Shown in pieces: positions 1 to 11,000 of a stretch of 64,000 bases of DNA; the stretch's first letter is position 1; each line of letters starts with the position of its first letter. The position numbers and the translations under genes were made by a program. Source of the stretch: Leucoraja erinacea (Eukaryota); NCBI RefSeq assembly GCF_028641065.1, contig NC_073395.1, forward strand, positions 3,410,001-3,474,000, given 5' to 3'. Below the pieces are notes generated by a model. It had not been told where the DNA came from. It searched no databases and was given only the letters and a program-made list of their open reading frames with translations.

Positions 1-919
1 GCAATTCTATTGTCTTATTGAACATAGAAAGAATGAAAACATAGCAAATAGGTGCAGGAGTAGGTCATTCGGCCCTTCGAGCATTCAATATGATCATGGC
101 TGATCATTTAAAATCAGTACCCCGTTCCTGCCTTCTCCCCAGCCCTACGAGCTAAGTCTAACTCTCTCTTGAAAACATCCAGTGAATTGTCCTCCACTGC
201 CTTCTGTGGCGGAGAACTCCACATGCAACAGCACAGGGACAGGCCCTTCACCCCCCTCCCTCTTCAGTAGAAATCTTGAGATTGAGTAACGTGGTTTCAG
301 CCTCTGCGGTCTAAACTTCACAGCCACATTTTCATTGCCAGTGTGCTGTTCATAATCTCTGCATGGCACTGATATGAGCAAGTGGTAAAGCATGCCGTGA
401 CCCAGAGCTTCAAGATACGATGCTGTTTATTGCAACAAATCTGTCACAACGACATGCCCTAACTGACCCTACCTGACCCTACTTCAAGAGGAACGATTAA
501 TGAAGCAATATTATATGGAGCCAAGGTTGAAGGGAGTGGAATATATACTCGAGACCCAATATTATCCTGAAAACTCAACTTTGCATGAATGAGAGTGTTT
601 AAGTTCACATTGTCCTTGGCGGTTGGTGAGTTTTGGCACATGTAGCCCTGGCTGTTGTCTTCATTGTTCAATGAAGGTAAGTTTTTCATAGTGACTGGTT
701 TTGAACAATCGAGGGTCAATAAATAATCAAATGCATTGAATAGCGTTTGATTAATCCCCTCTGAATCTTAATTGATTTATTTGTGACTCAGCGTACTGTG
801 CGATTATTTGATCTCCCACTTTGTTTAATAATTGTTATGTGATGAAGGTAAACGTCTTAAATGATGAAACTCAGAAAGTGTGATGGTCTATCAATTATAA
901 CGTTCTGATTATACAATTA

Positions 920-1415
920 GATGGGTGGCGCAGCTGTAGAGCTGCTGCCTCAGAGACCCGGGTTCGATCCCGACCAAGGGCGCTGTCTGTACGGAGTTTG
1001 TACGTTCTCCCCGTGATCTGCGTGGGTTTTCTCCGAGATCTTCAGTTTCTTCCCCACATTGAAGGGCTTGGACACACTAGAGGCAGGAAACATGTTCCCG
1101 ATGTTGGGGGGAGTCCGAACCAGGGGCCACACAGTTTAAGAATAAGGAGTAAGCCATTTAGAACGGAGACGAGGAAACACTTTTTCTCACAGAGAGTGGT
1201 GAGTCAGGGGAATTCCCTGCCTCAGAGGGCGGTGGAGGCCGGTTCTCTGGATGTTTTCAAGAGAGAGCTAGATAGGGCTCTTAAAAATAGCGGAGTCAGG
1301 GGATATGGGGAGAAGGCAGGAACGGGGTGCTGATTGGTGATGATCAGCCACGATCACATTGAATGGCGGTGCTGGCTCGAAGGGCCAAATGGCCTACTCC
1401 TGCACCTATTGTCTA
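920..1415 (+). mobile_element. tRNA-derived SINE head (HE1/V-SINE-like) joined to a CR1 LINE 3' end
   Basis: gtggcgcagc...ggttcgatcc A/B boxes, then CR1 ORF2 C-terminal motifs (GHSLRI, FFSQRVV) and the CR1 3' tail. Confidence 0.8.
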
Positions 1416-1511
1416 TAGTGGTGCCCCAAACCGTGGCACTTGAACTGAATCATTCTGCTGCTGCCTGTAATGCAGAGAGTGATGCCAATCCAACCTGCTT
1501 TAACCAAGGTC

Positions 1512-1847
1512 AAGGGCCTGTCCCACGGGCATGCGACCTGCATGCGGCAAGCGCGACCCACGGGCATGCGACCTGCATGCGGCAAGCGCGACCAAACCAG
1601 AAGCGGGAGCCGCGCGGAGGTTGAGTGAGTGACACGGCGTCGAGGCGGCTACGGGCCGGCAGGCCCTTGCCGCGCGTAATTTTTGAACACGGTCAGTTTT
1701 TCGGAGCCCCGCGCGATGTCGGGACCAGCTCCGCACAACTCCATACTGCTCCGGCGATCGAAGTGGGACCGGCCCGTGAGGCCGCAAGGCTCAAGCGACC
1801 ACGTTAGGTCGCGCTTGCCGCATACAGGTCGCATGCCCGTGGGACTT
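1512..1847. mobile_element. MITE with GTCCCAC-type TIRs (PIF/Harbinger-like)
   Basis: gtcccacgggcatgcgacctg at the left end and caggtcgcatgcccgtgggac at the right end; internal tandem duplication of the left subterminal repeat; truncated relative at 12809-13025. Confidence 0.75.
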
Positions 1848-2008
1848 AACTTGCTCGCACGTGAAAGTGATCCAGAGCCCACCAATATTTCTGCAGTCTA
1901 ATACTTTAATTTTTTGGATGAAAATTTCCAAGTCGATGATGAGAACGGGTCGAGTGAGAGAACGGGTCTGAAAACAAGTGACCATTTCTCTGCCTGTCCC
2001 ACACCAGC

Positions 2009-2054
2009 TCAGCATGCCTGCTGCTCACAATACTGGTACTTCCAACGGCGGTCC
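2009..2054 (-). CDS. Dermatopontin-like last coding exon (EDRRWKYQYCEQQAC*)
   Basis: cccccgctgctag| acceptor, third DRRW repeat, TGA stop; ATTAAA poly(A) signal at 1910-1905. Confidence 0.9.
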
Positions 2055-5000
2055 CTAGCAGCGGGGGAAGACAAGAGAATGACAAGATAAAATGGCAGAA
2101 CATCATTTGGATGAAAATACGTGCATCCAGCACGGAGACAGGTCCCATGGCCCAACGTACACGCCAACACAGATGCCCCAGTTAAACTAGTCTCATCTGC
2201 CAGCGTTTGGCCCATAATCCCTCGAACCTTTTCCTGTCCATGTACCTAGGGCCACCAACTTTCCCGCTCCCAAATAAGGCACAGAGGTCAAAATAAGGGA
2301 CAGATTCCCGACGGCAATTTGTCGACCGACTGGGCCGTGTCTGGGTGAACGATGGGTTGGCCTCGGGTGCTGGACTGCACACAAAGCCCAGCCGGCGGGG
2401 CCAGCTGAGGAGTTCTGGCCCTGGGCCGCGCGACGTCGCGCACAAAGTCCGGCGCCCCGTCCAACTCACGAACCGATGATAGTGCGGTGCGGGGCGTTGG
2501 GGTGCGGGTGGGTTGCGGGGTGGGGCTGGGGGTTGGGGGGGGGGGGGGGGTGGGGATGGGGGGGGGTTGTGGGTGGGGTGGTGGGGTGTGGGCATGTGTG
2601 TGTGTGGGGGGGGGTGTGAATGGGGTGGGGTGGGGCTTGTGTGGGGGGGGGGTTGCGGGTCATGGGGGTGGGGGTGTTCGGGGTGGGGGTGGTGGGGGGG
2701 TGGGGGCGGGGCGTGGGGGGTGTGTGGGGTGGGGAGGGGGGGGGGGGGGTGGGGGGAGTGTGTGGGGGGGGTGGGGGGGGGGGGGGGGGGGGGGGTTGCG
2801 GGTGCGGGTTGGGGGTGACTCAGCAGCCCAGCCTGGCGGTGAAGGCCGGTAGACCTGTCCACTATAACCCACATCCATTATAAAGAGGAGCACAATAACC
2901 AGGGTGGACCCTGCAGCCCGCCTGCCTGCCTGCCTGCCAGTGAAGCAAGGTCGAAGGGTTAGCCTGCAGCTTGTTACTCACTCGCGGTAGTTGTCGTGGT
3001 AGCTGGAGGCACCGACGAGGTACGTGGACGCAGGGAGCTGCCAGCTGAAGTACTGGTCAAAGAGGTTGAGGTAGTCGGTCCAGAAACACGTGGTGTTACA
3101 CACCTTATTCACACGGCAGCAGTAAAACTTCCATCTGACAAAATATACCACAGCAGCGGTGACTGACACAAGCTTTTAAGACATAACAGTTCAGTTTAGT
3201 TTACTGTCCAGTGTACCGAGGTACAGTGAAAAGCTTTTGTTGCGCGCTAACCAGTCAGCGGAAAAAATATACATGATTACAATCGAGCCGTCCACAGTGT
3301 ACAGATACATGATAAAGGGAATAACCTTTAGTGCAAGGACGTTAGTTTAGCGGGGAATGTGGATACCATCAATGGGATAAGATATAGAGCAGCATCGGGG
3401 TGATCAAGCTCCCACATCAGGGGGGATGTCAGCACCCCCGCACCGGGTGATCGGACCCCGGGTCGGGGTTGGTCCAACCTCCTGATTATTGGAGCTTCCA
3501 GACACCAGTCTGTACCCGATACAGCGAGCTCCTCGATGGTGAAATCCGCAGGCCACAGTTGGAGCGTCGATCCCAGGCAAGGGATCGCAGGCTCCAATGG
3601 TAAGTCCATGAATCCCGCGGTGGGGCTCAAAGTCAGTCTCGAGCAAGGCCGCCAGCTCCATGATGTTAGGCCGCAGAACGACCAGAGATACAATCCAGAA
3701 AACAATCGCATCTCCGGCAAGGAGGAGATGAGGAGAACTCTCTTTAGCCAGAGGCTGGTGAATCTGTGGGATTCGTTGCCACAGGTGGCTGTGGAGGCCA
3801 AGTCAGTGGATATTTTGAAGGCAGAGATAGATAGATTCTTGAATAGTGCGGGTGTCAGATGTTATGAGAAGAAGGCAGGAGAATGGTGTTAGGAGGGAGA
3901 TAGATAGATCAGCCATGATTGAATGACGGAATAGACTTGATGGGGCCGAATGGCCTAATGCTACTCCTATCCCTTATGACCTTATGACTAGTGGAAACAC
4001 CCTCTCCACATCCACTCTATCCAGGCCTTTCACTATTTGGTGAGTTCCCCCCTCCTAAACTCCCTATGGAGTGGACACCATAAGCTCAGTGGAGAGCTTT
4101 AGGAAAATGCAGCTAATGACAAAATAAGGTTATCAGAATAAGTCATTAATTAGATAGACACAGAATGCTGGAGCAACTCAGCGGGACAGGCAGCGTCTCT
4201 GGAGAGAAGGAATGCGTGACGTTTCGGGTCGAGATCCTTCTTCAGACTTCATCCGTTCCTTCTCTCCAGAGACGCTGCCCGTCCCGCTGAGTTGCTCCAG
4301 CATTTTGTGTCTGTCTTGGGTTGAAACCAGCATCTGCGGTTCCCATCCCCCAGGACTGTGGGCGAATTGGCTCAGGTAACATTGGCTGCCCCAGTACCTC
4401 CGGTCCTCGTGCTTGTTCACGTGGTCGGACTCCATGCCACTGATGACCGAGTCAAACGGGCAGGTGAAGGTGAATTCCTCATCGAAGTTGTTCACATAGT
4501 TGCTCCAGATACAGGAGGGTTGCTCAGTGAACGTCGTCTGGCACTTGAAATCCCACATGCGATCCTCGTAGTAGCTATGATGCTGACTGCAACACAACAC
4601 ACGAGAGGCAAGGTCAGTCTCCGCGACTCCTGCAAGCTGAGTGTAGGTCTGTCAATTGACAAGAGTATGTATAATCAATAGACAATAGACAATAGGTGCA
4701 GGAGTAGCCTCAATGACTGATAGCTGATCATTCCCAATCAGGTGTCCTTGAGACTCTTGAAAGGCGCCCATTAATAAAATTTATTATTAATATTAATCAG
4801 TACCCCGTTCCTGCCTTCTCCCCATATCCCCTGACTCTACTATTTTTAAGAACCCTATCTAGCTCTCTCTTGAAAGCATCCAGAGAACCTGCCTCCACCG
4901 CCCTCTGAGGCAGAGAATTCCACAGACTCACCACTCTCTGTGAGAAAAAGTGTCCGTTCTAAATGGCTTACTCCTTATTCTTAAGCTGAATAAGGTAAAA

Positions 5001-8000
5001 TATCTAGACACCTCTATAAGATTACCCTCTCATCCTCCTGCATACTTCATGAATAGAGACCCAGCCTACTCAACCACCCCCCCATCCCATAGCTCACACC
5101 CTCTGGTCTTGGCAACACCACCCCGTGAGGCAGAGAATTCCACAGACTCACCACTCTCTGTGAGAAAAAGTGTTTCCTCGTCTCCGTTCTAAATGGCTTA
5201 CTCCTTATTCTTAAACTGTGTGTGGCCCCTGGTTCTGGACTCCCCCAACATTCAGGAACATGTTTCCTGCCTCTAGAGTGTCCAAGCCCTTAACAATCTT
5301 ATATGTTTCAATGAGATCCCCTCTCATCCTTCTAAACCCCAGAGTGTACAAGCCCAGCTGCTCCACTCTCTCAGCATACGACAGTCCCGCCATCCCTGGA
5401 ATTAACCTTGTAAACCTGCGCTGCGCTCCCTCAATAGCAAGAATGTCCTTCCTCAAATTAGGGGACCAAAACTGTGCACAATACTCCAGGTGTGGTCTCA
5501 CTAGGGCTCTGTACAACTGCAGAAGGAAAGTAGGTAAAAGTCAAAGTGTTGACTCACGTACTCCCACACTCGCAAAGACAGTCTTCCACAACCGTGCAGA
5601 TGAAACCCAGCGGATGTCACCTCCAGAACAAGGGGTCACAGTTTAAGGATAAGGGGGAAATCTTTTAGGACCGAGATGAGAAAATCATTTTTTACACAGA
5701 GAGTGGTGAATCTGTGGAATTCTCTGCCACAGAAGGTAGTTGAGGCCACAGTTCATTGACTATATTTAAGAGCGAGTCAGATGTGGCCCTTGTGGCTAAA
5801 GGGATCAGGGGGTATGGAGAGAAGGCAGGTACGGGATACGGAGTTGGATGATCAGCCGTGATCATATTGAATGGCGGTGCAGGCTCGAAGGGCCGAATGG
5901 CCTACTCCTGCACCTATTTTCTATGTTTCTATATGTGGAGCATCCTGGACATTACAGCTCACCCCCTCCACGACACACTGGACAACCTGAGGAGCACCTT
6001 CAGCAACAGACTGGTTCCTCCAAGATGCAGCACAGAACGCCACAGGAGATCCTTCTACCCTGTGGCTATCAAACTGTACAACTGTACAACACCGAGTCCG
6101 CAGAAGGGTCTCGTCACGAAAAGTCACCCATTCATTCTCTCCAGAGATGCTGTCTGACCCGCTGAGTAACGCCAGCTTTTTGTATCTACCTTTGGTGTAA
6201 AACCAGCGTCTGTAGTTCCTTCCCACACACCTCACGCTTGCTCAGATTAAACTCCATCTACCATTTCTCTGCCCTTGTCTGCAGCTGACCCATGTCGTAC
6301 AGAAACATAGAAATTAGGTGCAGGAGTAGGCCATTCAGCCCTTCGAGCCTGCACCGCCATTCAATATGATCATGGCTGATCATCCAACTCAGATGAACTG
6401 GCCTCAACTACCCTCAGCGGCAGAGAGTTCCAGAGATTCACCACTCTCTGTGTGAAAAAAGTTCTTCTCATCTCGGTTTTAAAACATTTCCCCCTTATCC
6501 TTAAGCTGTGACCCCTTGTCCTGGACTTCCCCAACATCGGGAACAATCTTCCTGCATCTAGCCTGTCCAACCCCTTAAGAATTTTGTAAGTTTCTATAAG
6601 ATCCCCTCTCAATCTCCTAAATTCTAGAGAGTATAAACCAAGTCTATGCAGTCTTTCTTCATAAGACAGTCCTGACATCCCAGGAATCAGTCTGGTGAAC
6701 CTTCTCTGCACTCCCTCTCTGGCAATAATGTCCTTCCTCAGATTTGCAGACCAAAACTGTACGCAATACTCCAGGTGTGGTCTCACCAAGACCCTGTACA
6801 ACTGCAGTAGAACCTCCCTGCTCCTATACTCAAATCCTTTTGCTATGAAAGCTAACAAACCATTCGCTTTCTTCACTGAAAACATTTGCACGCCACACGT
6901 GCTGAAATCAATCGCTGCGCGCGCCAGAATACCACCAGAATACGGCGCAGACAACTTTCTCAGTCGCTTACCTGGAAATTGTAGAAATAGTTTCAAATAT
7001 GGGACAAGTGTACAACAGCTTGTCATCAAACTCGTTTACCCAGCGGTTTTCTGAAACGGAGCACAGTCATGTTGTTTAAGAAGGGACTGCAGATGCTGGA
7101 AAATCGAAGGTAGACAAAAGTGCTGGAGAAACTCAGCGGGTGCAGCAGCATCTATGGAGCGAAGGAAATAGGCAACGTTTCGGGCCGAAACCCTGAAGGA
7201 AATAGGCAACGTTTCGGGCCGAAACCCTGAAGGAAATAGGCAACGTTTCGGGCCTGAAATCCTTAAGGAAATAGACAACGTTTCGGGCCGAAACCCCGAA
7301 GGAAATAGGCAACGTTTCGGGCCGAAACCCTTCCGGGTTTCGGCCCGAAACGTTGCCTATTTCCATCGCTCCATAGATGCTGCTGCACCCGCTGAGTTTC
7401 TCCAGCATTTTTGTGTACCTTGGAGCACAGGCATCTTCTAGACATACCAATGGAGCAGTCTTTCAAGAGACAGATTGTAGGACACAGGTGCTGGACTTTG
7501 CAGGAGAGGATAGTATAGGCGTGAAGTGGATGTTTCCACTAGTGGGAGAGTCTAGGACCAGAGGCCACAGCCTCAGAATTAAAGGAGACGAGGAGGAATT
7601 TCTTCAGTCAGAGGGTGGTGAATCTGTGGAATTCATTGCCACAGAAGGCTGCGGAGGCCACGTCAATGGATGTATTTAAAGGCAGAGATACTGCAGATAG
7701 ATTCTTGATTGCCATGGGTGTCAGGGGTTATGGGGAGAAGGCAGGAGAATGGGGTTAAGAGGGAGAGATAGATCAGCCATGATTGAACGGCGGAGTAGAC
7801 TTGATGGGCCAGGTGACTAAATTCTGCAACGAGAAGTTATGAAATAACGAATCTGTCTGCTCTCAGTATAAAGGATCTATCTGGGGCGGGTCCAGCCAAT
7901 GATACGCAAAACTATCCAATACAATCTAAACACGGCACGGTGGGGCAGCGGTAGAGTTGCTGCCTCACAGCGCAGGAGACCCGGGTTCGATCCCGACACT

Positions 8001-11000
8001 GGGCGCTGTCTGCACGGAGTTTGTACATTCTCCCCCCGTGACCTGCGTGGGTTTTCTCCGAGATCTTCGGTTTCCTTCCACACTCCAAAGACGTACAGGT
8101 TTATAGGCTAATTGGCTGGGTATAAATTGTCCCTAGTGTGAGCAGGATAGGGTTAATGTACGAGGTGCGGACTCGATGGGCCAAAGGGCCTGTTCCCGCG
8201 CTGCATGTCTCAACCTATGGCATTTGGACAGGTACACGGATAGGATCCTCCTAGCATCCTCCTCACAGCTAACACTGCCCCCCAGCCTGTCAACCCTGCC
8301 AAGGTGGATAATCACACATTACACTCCTGCTGAGTTTTTGCCCACTCTTTCTGTATTCTCTGCACGAACATGCACTCCTATCTGTCTCTGCATTGCCAGC
8401 AAACTTGGCAGGTGGGACCTGTGTAACATTGAACCTTGGTGATAATTTGCTAGCTCTCTGAATTCATGCATACGTTCTCCAGCTCCTTTTCAACAGCAAC
8501 AGCCTTTGGTCCATCTCCAATTAAACTTATGGGTCCGTCCCACTTGGGCGATGTTTTGGGCGACTGCCGGCGGATACGAGAATGGAATTCACCGAAGTCA
8601 GCACCAGCGGCAACCTACGACAACACCTGCGTCAGGCTACGCTGATTGGCGTCAAATCCACAGTCGCCACTTTCGCAGAAATATTTTCAACATGTTGAGA
8701 ATCCAGCGGCGATCAGAAAGACGCTACAACTCTTTGGGCGACTGAGGAGACGACTCACGACCGTACAGGGGACACAGACTAGTCGCCTAAAAAATCACGT
8801 AAGTGGGACAAGCCCACAAGTCTTTTTTTTTCTTCTCTGTCCACCCTGCCAAGGTGGATAACCACACATTACACTCCTGCTGAGATTTTGCCCACTCTTT
8901 CTGTATTCTCTGCACAAACATGCACTCCTATCTGTCTCTGCATTGAAACATAGAAACATAGAAATTAGGTGCAGGAGTAGAGGCCATTCGGCCCTTCGAG
9001 CCTGCACCGCCATTCAATATGATCATGGCTGATCATCCAACTCAGTATCCCGTACCTGCCTTCTTTCCATACCCCCTGATCCCCTTAGCCACAAGGGCTA
9101 CATCTAACTCCCTCTTAAATATAGCCAATGAACTGGCCTCGACTACCCTCTGCGGCAGAGAGTTCCAGAGATTCACCACTCTCTGTGTGAAAAAAGTTCT
9201 TCTCATCTCGGTTTTAAAGGATTTCCCCCTTATCCTTAAGCTGTGACCCCTTGTCCTGGAATTCCCTAACATTGGGAACAATCTTCCTGCATCTAGCCTG
9301 TCCAACCCCTTAAGAATTTTGTAAGTTTCTATAAGATCCTCCCTCAATCTCCTAAATTCTAGAGAGTATAAACCAAGTCTATCCAGTCTTTCTTCATAAG
9401 ACAATCCTGACATCCCAGGAATCAGTCTGGTGAACCGTCTCTGCACTCCCTCTCTGGCAATAATGTCCTTCCTCAGATTTGGAGCCAAAACTGTACGCAA
9501 TACTCCAGGTGTGGTCTAAACCAAGACCCTGTACAACTGCAGTAGAACCTCCCTGCTACTATACTCAAATCCTTTTGCAATGAAAGCTAACATACCATTC
9601 GCTTTCTTTACTGCCTGCTGCACCTGCATGCCTACCTTCAATGACTGGTGTACCATGACACCCAGGTCTCGCTGCATCTCCCCCTTTCCCAATCGGCCAC
9701 CATTTAGATAATAGTCTGCTTTCCCGTTTTTGCCACCAAAATGGATAACCTCACATTTATCCCACATTATACTGCATCTGCCAAACATTTGCCCACTCAC
9801 CCAGCCTATCCAAGTCACCTTGCAGTCTCCTAGCATCCTCCTCACAGCTAACACTGCCCCCCAGCCTGTCAACCCTGCCAAGGTGGATAACCACACATTG
9901 CACTCCTGCTGAGTTTTTGCCCACTCTTTCTGTATTCTCTGCACGAACATGCACTCCTATCTGTCTCTGCATTGCCAGCAAACTTGGCTGCTGTACGCAT
10001 GGTGCATGACATTATGATTTGGAATGTTCTCCATGTCCCTGATTCACACAGGAAATATTATCTTTCCAACATGCACTAATTATTACATAGAGTGCACGCA
10101 AGTTCTTTATAGCTTTAAGCAGAGAGGGGGAAGACTTTAAAGGAGATGTGTGGGGCAAGTTTTTTTTGTTTTTTTTTTACACAGAGGGTGGTGGGTGCCT
10201 GGAACACACAGCCAGGGGTGGTGGTGGAGGCATATATGATAGTGGTATTTAAGAGGCTTTTAGATAGGCACATGGATATGCAGGGAATGGAGGGATATGG
10301 AACACGTGCAGGCAGGGAAGATTAATTTAACTTGGCATCATGTTCGCATGGACATTGTGGGCCGAACGGCCTGTTCCTGTGCTGTTCAATAGACCCAAAA
10401 TGCTGGAGTAACTCAGCGGGACGGGCAGCATCTCTGGAGAGAAGGAACAGGGTGATGACTCTTCAGTCTGAAGAAGAGTCTCGTCCCGAAACGTCACCCG
10501 TTCCTTCTCTCCAAAGATGCTGCCCGTCCCGCTGAGTTACTCCAGCATTTTGTGTCTACTTTTGATTTTTTTTTCCAGCATCTGCAGTTCTTTCCTATCA
10601 CAAGGCTACAAAGGAGATTAGTATCCATGGAGTTGGGAGAAAAAAATGTATCAAACATTAATGCTCTCTGGCACTTGGAATATTGATGATGACAATATTA
10701 TTGGAATTCTGCACTCAATTTCAACTATGGTTCCACAGTAGTCTGTGGACAGGCCCTTTACGCAGCTGCAAGTAAGAATTTCACTGTTCCGTTTCAGTAC
10801 ATACGACAATCAAACAATCTTGTCTCAGAGTTGCACATTACGTAAACCAACTCATTAAAAAATCTGTATCCGTGCGAAGAAAATATTACGCTAATGTTAC
10901 ACTGGGGGAAATAATAGCCCGTTAAAAACAGAAAATGCTGGAAACACTCGGAGGGTCAGGCAGCAGAGGTGATTGTGCAGCTGAAAGGCACTTCATTGGA

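Noticed and set aside
2182-2893. Pro/His-rich and Gly-rich ORFs; strong G-quadruplex potential
   Set aside because: Product of an irregular poly-G tract inside an intron, probably poorly resolved consensus sequence; no coding evidence
6370-7029. 219-aa ORF and similar CR1/Rex ORFs as host genes or active elements
   Set aside because: Truncated, frameshifted LINE 3' fragments; this ORF merely overlaps the real 7050-6972 exon in another frame
7161-7330. 34-bp direct repeats with an internal palindrome resembling a CRISPR array (also the 66-bp array at 22398-22800)
   Set aside because: Units are head-to-tail with no unique spacers, there are no cas genes, the context is a eukaryotic intron, and the unit derives from the dispersed hairpin repeat
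7930-8000. tRNA-like heads with A and B boxes
   Set aside because: They continue into the SINE core and tail and cannot fold into a complete cloverleaf; these are SINEs, not tRNA genes
10842-10863. 22-nt minus-strand candidate microexon, plus a 41-nt candidate near 8474-8514 and a 49-nt candidate near 13411-13459
   Set aside because: Alone or combined they frameshift or introduce stops in the dermatopontin-like frame, and the acceptors are weak
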